Below are positions 17,684 through 26,826 of a stretch of DNA of 64,000 nucleotides, one piece after another. The translations under genes and the position numbers were made by a program. The stretch covers positions 1 through 64,000 of the IMG/VR virus record IMGVR_UViG_3300037484_000296. The stretch is one strand, 5' to 3'. Source of the stretch: a virus. Lineage: Duplodnaviria > Caudoviricetes. The notes below the pieces were generated by a model, which was not told where the DNA came from, made no database searches, and saw only the letters and a program-made list of their open reading frames with translations. How positions within the stretch are numbered: the first letter of the stretch is position 1; each line of letters starts with the position of its first letter.

Positions 17684-20158
17684 ATGGGATTTGGAACTGG
17701 ATACCAGCCGATATCACTTACTACACCCGGATCGGTAGGCACTACTGTACCTGACGGAGGCGATGAAGGCGGGCAGGTTGATACAGGCACGGTTGGCGGG
17801 GGGATTGTTGTTGAGGTAAAGACATCATCCTATACCCCCCCCATCGCGGGTTTCAGTTATGTCGCAAAGGCTCAAAAAAAAGTTGTGTTCACAAACTCGA
17901 CACTTGGCGTAGTCCTTCGATATTCTTGGAATTTCGGAGACGGATATACGTCATCAGACGAAAACCCCGTGCATCAATATTCTACCACGGGAACGTTTAC
18001 GGCAAAACTTACGGCAACCGGGGCGGGAAATGCAACGGACATCGCGGAGAGCACTATAACTGTAACCGAAATATCTCCTTCAGCATCGTTTGCCACCGTA
18101 GATAGCGGATTAACTATTTTCTTCGTCAACAATTCCACCGTAGCTTCAGATGTGGTATGGGACTTTGGGGACGGATCAACCTCTGCCGAGGATAGCCCCA
18201 GCCATACGTATTCGGCTGCAGGAACCTATCATGTTCAACTGAGCATGGGGGGATACACGTATGAAAACGATATCGTAGTTACACTGCCGGCCATGAGCAT
18301 AGCGTATACATCAAATTTCGTTGCGAATGGGTATCCAGACCCCAATAGGATGAATGGAATAGCCGCAGACGAAAATTATCTGTATATATGCTCCTTAACC
18401 AGTGTGGGGTACTGGCCTTATTGCAGCAAAAGCGTAGTCCAAATATATAACCGATCCACTTCTGCATATATAGCGGAATTTGGCGCGTTTGGGTCTGGGG
18501 ATGGAGAATTTGGCGGAATAGCTCGCGTAACAATTGATGGATCTTTTATATATGTATGCGATACGGTAAACAACAGAATCCAGGTCTTCAACAAGACAAA
18601 TCCCTACGCCTTCGTCGGCCAATTTGGATCGAGCGGTTCGGGTGATGGGCAGTTCAATGCCCCAAGCGGAATTTCTGTAGATACAAATTTCATTTATGTT
18701 ACCGACTATTCAAACAACAGGGTCCAGATATTCAATAAAACCGCCCCCTATGCTTTTGTAGGAAAATTTGGATCTAGCGGAACAGGTGACGGACAGTTCC
18801 AGGGGCCGGGGGGGATTTTCGTTGATGATAACTATATATACGTATCAAATACGAGCGGGGCCGCGCTGTCCGGGAGAATCCAGATATTCAACAAGGCAAG
18901 CCCTTATTCATTTGTCGGCAAATTCGGCTCTAATGGATCGGGGGACGGGCAGTTCAGCACTGTTCCTTCATTGGCCGTAGATGACAATTACGTATATATA
19001 TCTGATCGCGCAAATTACCGAATACAGATATTCGACAAAGCCGATCCGTATAGCTTTAAAGGAAAGTATGGTGCGTATGGGTCTGGCAACGGGCAATTTA
19101 ATTATCCAGCAGACATATGCGTTTACAGCGGGAAAATATACATAACTGATCTTCTCCTGGCAAAAGAGCAAGAATTCTCCGCAGCCCTCGTAGATATAAG
19201 CCTTCCCGCAGCCATATTTACGCCTTCTACGTATGAAGGTGATGCTCCGCTCACGGTAAATTTCACTAACTCTTCAACTGGTACGGGGCTTACTTATGCA
19301 TGGTCTTTCGGTGACGGGACTACTTCCACAAGTGAAAATCCTTCATGCACTTATGCCGAGGGTGGAGTTTATTTTGTACGGCTTATCGTAACTGATACGA
19401 ATGGCTTTACTTCGCCCGCAACGAAAACCATCAACGTTTTGGGAGAAACTACCGCAACGCTTGTAATAACCCCCCCAATCGCGGCGTTATCAGCCGATGT
19501 AATGATCGGGACCACGGCTACTACCTTTAATTTCACCGATGGGTCTACGGGAACTCCTGCAAGCTGGGATTGGAATTGGGGAGATGGTACGGCCCATGGG
19601 ACTACGCAGAATCCGAGTCATGGGTATATCTCGAACGGTAACTATACCGTAACGCTTACCGTAACCGATGCGAATGGCTGGACCTCTTCGGCAAGTCTCG
19701 AAATAATTGTTTCAGACGACATAACACCTGAAAACAATGCACCTACCGCCGTAATAAGCGCAAATGGATTGAGCGCAACAAGCGGTTTCGCGCCCCTCCC
19801 TGTTGATTTTTCCGCAGACGTTTCTACTGTCTCGCTTTACGAGTGGGATTTCGGAGATGGGTCTACTTCTACCGAAGAAGCTCCGTCTCATATATTCACG
19901 TCTCCCGGAACGTATGAGGTAACGCTTACCGTCAGCAATATTTTTGGAAGCACGACGGCCAGCATAACAATCATCGTGGTCGGGGAAATTACGATAGACC
20001 GGAGCGGAGACTATTACTACATCGTGGACAGGTCAAATCACAAGGTGCTTGTGTATTACACAACAGGGACATATTACGGATGGTTCGGCGGTTACGGGAG
20101 CAGCGCGGGTAAATTAAGCGATCCAACCTGCCTAGTGGTAAACAAGCCGACGTTCTAA
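17684..20158 (+). CDS. tail protein with five PKD domains and NHL-repeat beta-propeller
   Basis: Five W-x-(F/W)-GDG PKD motifs; repeated FVGKFGS.G.GDGQF..P.GI.VD.N.IYV.D..N.R.QIF units. Confidence 0.85.
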   Translation: MGFGTGYQPISLTTPGSVGTTVPDGGDEGGQVDTGTVGGGIVVEVKTSSYTPPIAGFSYVAKAQKKVVFTNSTLGVVLRYSWNFGDGYTSSDENPVHQYSTTGTFTAKLTATGAGNATDIAESTITVTEISPSASFATVDSGLTIFFVNNSTVASDVVWDFGDGSTSAEDSPSHTYSAAGTYHVQLSMGGYTYENDIVVTLPAMSIAYTSNFVANGYPDPNRMNGIAADENYLYICSLTSVGYWPYCSKSVVQIYNRSTSAYIAEFGAFGSGDGEFGGIARVTIDGSFIYVCDTVNNRIQVFNKTNPYAFVGQFGSSGSGDGQFNAPSGISVDTNFIYVTDYSNNRVQIFNKTAPYAFVGKFGSSGTGDGQFQGPGGIFVDDNYIYVSNTSGAALSGRIQIFNKASPYSFVGKFGSNGSGDGQFSTVPSLAVDDNYVYISDRANYRIQIFDKADPYSFKGKYGAYGSGNGQFNYPADICVYSGKIYITDLLLAKEQEFSAALVDISLPAAIFTPSTYEGDAPLTVNFTNSSTGTGLTYAWSFGDGTTSTSENPSCTYAEGGVYFVRLIVTDTNGFTSPATKTINVLGETTATLVITPPIAALSADVMIGTTATTFNFTDGSTGTPASWDWNWGDGTAHGTTQNPSHGYISNGNYTVTLTVTDANGWTSSASLEIIVSDDITPENNAPTAVISANGLSATSGFAPLPVDFSADVSTVSLYEWDFGDGSTSTEEAPSHIFTSPGTYEVTLTVSNIFGSTTASITIIVVGEITIDRSGDYYYIVDRSNHKVLVYYTTGTYYGWFGGYGSSAGKLSDPTCLVVNKPTF

Positions 20159-20174
20159 TAACAGGAGGCATACA

Positions 20175-21089
20175 ATGGCAGTCACATTCACACCAAGCAA
20201 TCACTATTTAGTACAGAGACTCAAAGGGGAGATCAGATGCAAGGCGCAACTCCACGACGTTTCGCTTACCTTCGCGGACGCGACAAACAAAATTACACTT
20301 CCTTCAAGCGCGATTACGGCAGGGTTTGTGGTTGGCGACCGCATTATAACCAACTCGGCCAATGCCGGGAATCAGGGGCCATTTACCATCATCGGTATCG
20401 GAGGCGCGGGAGATGTTGAGCTTACGGTCGATCTGACTTCCACCGGCGGCGTGGTGGCCTTCACGGACGGCACGGAGAACAACCTGACCATCGGAACGTA
20501 TATGGTCAAAGTTCTGCTCATGAGAAGCGGATTCGTGTTTAACCGCGACGACCATGCTACATTGCTGAATCTTACGGCGGCGACCGGGGCGTTTACCCCG
20601 ACATTTGTTGCGGCTACGTCTAAGATAACGCGAGGTTCCGGGAGCTTTATCACGGATGGTTTTGTGGCGGGGAATCAGTTCGCTATAGCGAATTCGGCGA
20701 GTAATAATGGAACGCTCACAATATCCACCGTATCGGCTCTTGAAGTCGTAGTCAATGAGGCCGTTGTTAATGAAGTGGGCGACGGCGATGAAACCATGAC
20801 CGCAGACGATGAATTGGCTACCGGTAACGGGTATACACAGGATACCAAACTCACCGGCATAATGACCATTACCGAAGACGACTCAAACAACGTAGGGGAC
20901 GCCGATTTCCCGACCGTTACATGGACGGCCAGCGTAGGGTCAATCGGTCCTTCTCCGGGCGCTATTTTATACGACGACGCAAGCACGGACAATACAATCA
21001 TCGGGTACTACGCATTCTCCGCTGAAGAAACGGCAACGGTTGGAACGCCGTTTAATTTGGCGGCGGGAAAACTCAGAACATCGTCATAA
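20175..21089 (+). CDS. virion structural protein
   Basis: AGGAGG RBS; VKVLLM...DELATGNGYT...DF.TVTWTA...GAILYDD pattern. Confidence 0.6.
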   Translation: MAVTFTPSNHYLVQRLKGEIRCKAQLHDVSLTFADATNKITLPSSAITAGFVVGDRIITNSANAGNQGPFTIIGIGGAGDVELTVDLTSTGGVVAFTDGTENNLTIGTYMVKVLLMRSGFVFNRDDHATLLNLTAATGAFTPTFVAATSKITRGSGSFITDGFVAGNQFAIANSASNNGTLTISTVSALEVVVNEAVVNEVGDGDETMTADDELATGNGYTQDTKLTGIMTITEDDSNNVGDADFPTVTWTASVGSIGPSPGAILYDDASTDNTIIGYYAFSAEETATVGTPFNLAAGKLRTSS

Positions 21090-21098
21090 GGGGTCCTA

Positions 21099-22688
21099 AT
21101 GGCTGGCGTAGACGTTACCCTGGTTCCGGGAGTAATAGTTGAGTCCGGGTCTGCTGTTAAGTCCCCGGTAAACGTTACTCTTCCGACCGCTTCCATAATA
21201 GAGTCGGGGACGGCTATCAAGTCTCCGGTTAACATTACCCTTCCGACCGCGACGATCACGGAATCCGGAAGGCTCGGAATCCCTGTGGGCATTACCCTGC
21301 CCGTAGCTGTAATTTACGAGATGGGCATCGCCACAACTGCGCCCTATGTCTATGTCGTGGACGCAGGAAACAGCAGGGTAAATGCCTATGACTACAACGG
21401 TGTTTTCAAGTTTTCCTTCGGGTCTTATGGAACCGGAAACGGACAATTCGACAACCCTTATGGAATTGACACGAACGGAACGTATGTTTACGTTACCGAC
21501 TCCGGGAATAACAGGGTTCAAATATTCACCATGTTCGGCGTGTACGTCGGGCAGTTTGGATCTGAAGGTTCGGGAAACGGCGAGTTTAGCAATCCCTTGG
21601 GGATCAGGGTTGACGACCGTTACATATGGGTAGTTGACAGCAATAACAATCGCTTTCAGGTATTCGATCTCTGGGATTACACCTTTTATTATAAGCTCGG
21701 GGAATATGGTTCGGGAACCGATCAGTTTGACGCTCCTACAGATTGCTGGGTAGACGATGTTTACTTCCGCATATTGGACGCGGGAAATGGCGGAAGGATT
21801 ATTGCCTATCCCAAGAATTTCCCGTATGAGGGCATAGGCGAATCATCCCTTGCCGCTCTTACCGGCAGTGCGGAGGGGGAAACCCATACTCCGGGCAGGG
21901 GTGTGGGGATACTTCCTCCCTTTACGCTTGAAGCTGGCGAAGGAATAGGAACAACAATCCAACAGGCAACCGGGGCTCCCGAACTTGCAGGGTTTTCGTC
22001 AAGCGGCGAAGGAATCACTATCGCTATGGGGTCCAGCACTGCGGACCTTCCCGCGCTGGAATCCGATGGGGACTCTATAAGTATAAATCTGGGGTCCGGC
22101 TCTCCGTCGCTCCCTGCGGTTGAGTCTTCGGGAGTGGGAATTTCGATCAACCTGGGGACTTCGGCGGGGCAGTTGGCCGCCCTGATCGTATCCGCCGGGG
22201 CAGAGACTATTCGGGCAACTCCTACCTATTTTGGGGTTGCGGTCAACATGAGAAACAAAGGCATCACTGATTATTCAGGATTTGACTTTAACAGTTTCGC
22301 AATCCTGAACGGGAAATTATACGGAGCGAGCACGACGGGCATTCATCTCCTTGAAGGAGCCGACGACAACGGAACGGACATAGACGCGCATATCAAAACC
22401 GGAACGATAGACCTCCACAGCGAAAACGTAAGAAGGATTGTCGATGCATGGCTGACTCTAAGAATTAACGGAAACGGCACCTTCACGGTTTATGAGGATG
22501 AAGAATCAACCGGATATTCCGAAGCTGTAAACGTTGACAACGAACTGATGCACGACGAACGAGTGAAATTAGCGAAGGGTCTGAAGGGAAGATTTGACGC
22601 ATTTGAATTCGCAAACGCAGGAGGATCGGACTTCGATCTTGCGGGACTTGCCGTAAACACGCGAGAAATAACCAAGAGGCAAAGGTAA
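21099..22688 (+). CDS. tail protein with NHL repeats and nozzle-like C-terminal domain
   Basis: Three to four NHL units (FGSYGTGNGQFDNPYGI); N-terminal VTLPTA..IESG repeats; C-terminal G.DI.A.IKTG.ID segment. Confidence 0.75.
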   Translation: MAGVDVTLVPGVIVESGSAVKSPVNVTLPTASIIESGTAIKSPVNITLPTATITESGRLGIPVGITLPVAVIYEMGIATTAPYVYVVDAGNSRVNAYDYNGVFKFSFGSYGTGNGQFDNPYGIDTNGTYVYVTDSGNNRVQIFTMFGVYVGQFGSEGSGNGEFSNPLGIRVDDRYIWVVDSNNNRFQVFDLWDYTFYYKLGEYGSGTDQFDAPTDCWVDDVYFRILDAGNGGRIIAYPKNFPYEGIGESSLAALTGSAEGETHTPGRGVGILPPFTLEAGEGIGTTIQQATGAPELAGFSSSGEGITIAMGSSTADLPALESDGDSISINLGSGSPSLPAVESSGVGISINLGTSAGQLAALIVSAGAETIRATPTYFGVAVNMRNKGITDYSGFDFNSFAILNGKLYGASTTGIHLLEGADDNGTDIDAHIKTGTIDLHSENVRRIVDAWLTLRINGNGTFTVYEDEESTGYSEAVNVDNELMHDERVKLAKGLKGRFDAFEFANAGGSDFDLAGLAVNTREITKRQR

Positions 22689-22689
22689 A

Positions 22690-24201
22690 ATGAGCGCATT
22701 AGATGATATTGAAGCAAGTGTCCTAGATAGAATTGCGAGTCTTGAGACAGGCTCAACGGCGGCTATTGAGGCTCTCAACGATTACATGGCTACCTTGCAG
22801 AATCTGGCATACCTTATCCCGCCTTATTTTACCCCAAACGAGGCAAAATATAGCGGGACGACTGCCACCTTCAGTAAAGTGGAAAAACCTGACTTCGATC
22901 AACTTGAAAAAGCTGACGATGCAATTGAAGGAATCGACCCCGCTGTTCAATCAGTAGCTAATCTCGACATCCAGACAGGAACCTTGCTTGCTGATTTGCA
23001 GGAGAAATTCGACGACGCAAGCGCCGATCTTCAGGCAATTAAGGAAGATACCGATGAATTATACGGAGAGCATTATCCCCAAATTACTCCGGATCAAAAA
23101 GATTTTGGATTTATCGAAGGAGATTATTCTTCAAATGTTATTGACACGATCTCGGATACACTCAGGGAATCGTTGATAGCCCATCTTGATTATAACAAGC
23201 GCAGTGATATCAGGACAAGCGTTATAAGCAGCATCAATGCTTCAATTGCGAGGGCTCAGGGGAAATCGGATGCAGCGTCAGCGGTAGGGAAAGTTGATTA
23301 CCGGGCGGAAGAAGAGATAGACTTGCTTAACGCGCAATTGTCCTTGATTCAATCCGCTCAAAGCTCGGACTCCGACACAACGCATGGGGTAACGTCTACC
23401 GAGCTCGGATACCATGGCAACGACAGGGCAAGACGGGAAGCGTCGAATCAAAAAGAGATTAATGATGTGATGTCAGAATTTTCAGGAAGGGGGTTCCCGG
23501 ATTTTCCTCAGTATATTCTTGACGACGCTCGTTCTTACATAACCGGAAAACAACAGATCGACGACGAAGACGCGGAAAGAGAAATCACGATTCAGCACTA
23601 TACCCTTGTTCTTGAAAATCAAGCGAGGGCAATTGAAGCAACGTCTCGCTATCATCAGGTTCTTATGGCATGGCATGAGGCAAAAATCGACCGGGCTTTC
23701 AAAGTAGCAAACATCCTGTTCAAACTCGGGCAGGAAATGGCGAATCTCCTGCTTACCGTTTTAAACAGCCAGGCCGACGAACAAAAGAGAAACATGGATA
23801 TCGCCAAAGACAGTCAGGCGATGATTATCGAGGAATTTAAGTCGAATACTCAAAGATTTATTCAGCGAATCGACGCGATTCTTTCACGGGCTGATGGTTA
23901 CTTGAACGCGGCAAGCGCGGAGGGGCAGGTTTACGCAATGCTGGCTCGCGTTTCAGGAAAAACGTTTGAATTCGATCTCGCTGAAAACGAGACGAACATT
24001 AAAACTTTACTCTGGAATATTGATAACTTTCTGAAAGCGGCTGATGAAAACCTTCGCTCCTTTGAGCAAATTGCAAGCATAAGGCTTCGCGCCGCTACTG
24101 CGGGAGCAGAAATGCAGTTAGCTCTTGTTGCGGCGGCAAGGAACAGCATCACCACGGTAGCCTCGCTTGTCACCGGAGAGAAAGTAGAAGGGCAGGAATA
24201 A
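22690..24201 (+). CDS. internal virion (ejection-type) protein
   Basis: Helical/coiled-coil; SGRGF motif shared with next ORF. Confidence 0.55.
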   Translation: MSALDDIEASVLDRIASLETGSTAAIEALNDYMATLQNLAYLIPPYFTPNEAKYSGTTATFSKVEKPDFDQLEKADDAIEGIDPAVQSVANLDIQTGTLLADLQEKFDDASADLQAIKEDTDELYGEHYPQITPDQKDFGFIEGDYSSNVIDTISDTLRESLIAHLDYNKRSDIRTSVISSINASIARAQGKSDAASAVGKVDYRAEEEIDLLNAQLSLIQSAQSSDSDTTHGVTSTELGYHGNDRARREASNQKEINDVMSEFSGRGFPDFPQYILDDARSYITGKQQIDDEDAEREITIQHYTLVLENQARAIEATSRYHQVLMAWHEAKIDRAFKVANILFKLGQEMANLLLTVLNSQADEQKRNMDIAKDSQAMIIEEFKSNTQRFIQRIDAILSRADGYLNAASAEGQVYAMLARVSGKTFEFDLAENETNIKTLLWNIDNFLKAADENLRSFEQIASIRLRAATAGAEMQLALVAAARNSITTVASLVTGEKVEGQE

Positions 24202-24204
24202 TCT

Positions 24205-25497
24205 ATGACCGTAGAATCAACAGTTCAAACCAGATTAACCACGGCAGGAACTATTGAAGACGCCGCCGTAGCTGCGTCAGATAGTTTCATGACCGTATTC
24301 ACCGATCTTGAAGGCGTAAGGGCTCCGGTCGTCACTCCTGCCGAAGTTTCGTTTACGCCGGGCACAGGTTCTATTGATCTACCCTCTCGGCCGGACGGGA
24401 CGAGGCTTGAGAATGCAGTAACAGCCCTCTCGGAGATCGACGGAGAAATAGCTGATTTTGAAACTCTGGAAGCCGACCTTGAAGAAAAATTCTCCGAGGT
24501 TGACACTGTTTTTCAAGACGCCACGATAGCGCTGAAAGATTTGGTAGAACTTTCAAAGCAGATCGTCATTCCGACAAAGAATGATTTTCTTTTTCAAGGG
24601 GGAGAGTATCGGGCGGAAGTTGACGTTGACGATACCTTGAGACTCGTTATCGAAACGGAACTTGAAAAAAACGGCGAAGGGGCTCCATCCGACGTAGAAA
24701 CCGCAATGTATGAAAAGGGGCAGGACCGGAGAGAAATCAAGCGTCAGGAAGACATTGACGAATCGTTCAGCGCACTCTCTGGACGGGGATTTACGAAGCC
24801 TCAAGGCCATCACATGAAAGCAGTCCTGATGATAAACGAAAAGTACCGTCAGGACGATAATCTTTTGAGCAAAAACATCATGATTGCCCAAACGAAACTT
24901 TCTCTTGAAAACAAGTGGAGAATTATAAACGCGGGGATCAGTTATAACCAACTGGCAATTTCGCTCGCGGACAATACGGCACGGAGGGCGCTTGAAACAG
25001 CGTCATTCCTGTTTGGCCTTGATCTTGATTTGATAAAGTACAGGCTTACCTTTCTCGCCCAACAAGTTGATCTCGGAAAAGCCGAAGTCTCGGCAATACT
25101 GGACGCAAAGAAAAACGACGTAGATCAGTACGCGATTACGCTGGTAAAAATTAAAAAGAAACTTGACGGGCTTATTGCGAAAGCAAAAGGATATATCGAA
25201 TCGTATCGTACTGACGGTCAGGTTTACAGCTACGGGATTGAAGCAGCAGGGGAAGAGTCAAGATTCAAACAGAGTGAAAATATTCTTTCTCTGGAAGTCC
25301 AGAAAGCGAATATCACGAACGGAATCATAGCGGCGCAAAACTCGTTGCGGTCTTACATGGCTACTTCGGAAATTCAATTCGGCGCGGCCAAGACCGGAGG
25401 GGATTTCAAGAGGGAAATTGCAGTCGGAATTCTCAGGAGTTTGGCAACGGTGGTTCAATACGACAAGAGCGGCGAACTAAGCAGTCAGGTTGAGTAA
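24205..25497 (+). CDS. internal virion (ejection-type) protein, paralogue of upstream ORF
   Basis: Helical; SGRGF motif; similar N- and C-termini. Confidence 0.55.
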   Translation: MTVESTVQTRLTTAGTIEDAAVAASDSFMTVFTDLEGVRAPVVTPAEVSFTPGTGSIDLPSRPDGTRLENAVTALSEIDGEIADFETLEADLEEKFSEVDTVFQDATIALKDLVELSKQIVIPTKNDFLFQGGEYRAEVDVDDTLRLVIETELEKNGEGAPSDVETAMYEKGQDRREIKRQEDIDESFSALSGRGFTKPQGHHMKAVLMINEKYRQDDNLLSKNIMIAQTKLSLENKWRIINAGISYNQLAISLADNTARRALETASFLFGLDLDLIKYRLTFLAQQVDLGKAEVSAILDAKKNDVDQYAITLVKIKKKLDGLIAKAKGYIESYRTDGQVYSYGIEAAGEESRFKQSENILSLEVQKANITNGIIAAQNSLRSYMATSEIQFGAAKTGGDFKREIAVGILRSLATVVQYDKSGELSSQVE

Positions 25498-25508
25498 CGG
25501 AGGGGATT

Positions 25509-26795
25509 ATGGCAGACAAAATATATAACAATGACGATTTAGATAAGGTGCAGTATCCAGCAGCCGTCCCGAACAGCAATGCGGCAAAAGGGGCTGTAGA
25601 CGCGGCAGATGTGGTTGGATACACCGGACAAGCAGTTGCCTCTGCCTTTCCCGATGTTGGCGGCATGATGCTTAATACAGGCAGTAAGTTAGCTCGGGGG
25701 GTTGCCAAGGCAGGCAATAAAGCCATTGGAGCGGTAACGGGCTACCAATTCCCCGATTCATCCCTTCCTGCAACTGATAATTATTACACGGGGTACACTC
25801 GCGATGCCTTAAACAATGCAAAAACGTCAGCGGGAAGGCTTGCCCGAAGAGTGGGCATGGTTCCTGTAGGATATGACGCCGGAACGCCTATCCCTTCGAA
25901 TAACGGAATGACGGCATACGCAGGAGAAGGGAATGCTATGCCCTCTCTTGATACGATTCCTTCGCACATACCACGAAAATCCGTGCCGATTACCCGACCA
26001 GAAGGTACGGCAAAACAACCCGGCACACAACCCCCTCAAGTGGCAGAAACAACTAAGCCTGGAATGCCGGAAGTCCCTGGGGTTACTGGGCCTCCGAAGT
26101 CCAGTGCCATGCCGGACATCATAACGAACGATTTTCTTGAAAATAGATACGGCGCAATGCCGGATATTTCACAAGAGGAAAACGCGAAAATATTACAGGA
26201 CAGACTTGCCGCAAACAAAGAGGCCCAGAATAGTTATGACCAATATACAAATCTTTGGGGAGGGATACACGGGGTTGATGAAGCTCGGAGAATGCAAAAG
26301 TATGTCGATTCTCAACAACTTCAAAAGCGCCAACTCGACCTTGCCAATGCAAAGATTTTTCAGGACAAGTACGGTATCGACATGACATCGGCACTCAAGA
26401 AAATGGAAATGCAACTGAACGCACCTAAGATCGCGGCGGAAACGGAGAAGTTGACGCAAGAGGCCACGGCGGTACCGAAGTTGGCGGAAGCGGATACGTC
26501 ATACAAGAAGTCTTTGGCTGATAATAAATCTCTTTCTGCAAAAAGTTATCGCGGCCAATGGTTTGTAGATCAAGGGAAAATCCTGACGAACAAACTTTAT
26601 GATCCCTTGACCCCTGAAGAGGAAAAGCCCGCTATCAGAACGGCCTTGACGCAAATTGAAGGAGACCTTGCGGAACTGGAAAACAAGAGGAGCGATACGA
26701 AGCCTGAAGGATTTGACGAAGAAGTAACGAACCCGCAGGGCATTAAAGGCTATCGAAACAAAGAAACTGGGAAAATATGGTTTCCGGGCGCATAA
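25509..26795 (+). CDS. internal virion (ejection-type) protein
   Basis: Low-complexity P/A/G-rich plus coiled coil; precedes the giant gene. Confidence 0.55.
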   Translation: MADKIYNNDDLDKVQYPAAVPNSNAAKGAVDAADVVGYTGQAVASAFPDVGGMMLNTGSKLARGVAKAGNKAIGAVTGYQFPDSSLPATDNYYTGYTRDALNNAKTSAGRLARRVGMVPVGYDAGTPIPSNNGMTAYAGEGNAMPSLDTIPSHIPRKSVPITRPEGTAKQPGTQPPQVAETTKPGMPEVPGVTGPPKSSAMPDIITNDFLENRYGAMPDISQEENAKILQDRLAANKEAQNSYDQYTNLWGGIHGVDEARRMQKYVDSQQLQKRQLDLANAKIFQDKYGIDMTSALKKMEMQLNAPKIAAETEKLTQEATAVPKLAEADTSYKKSLADNKSLSAKSYRGQWFVDQGKILTNKLYDPLTPEEEKPAIRTALTQIEGDLAELENKRSDTKPEGFDEEVTNPQGIKGYRNKETGKIWFPGA

Positions 26796-26826
26796 TTTCC
26801 TCCATTCAAAGACAGGAGTTTAAAAC

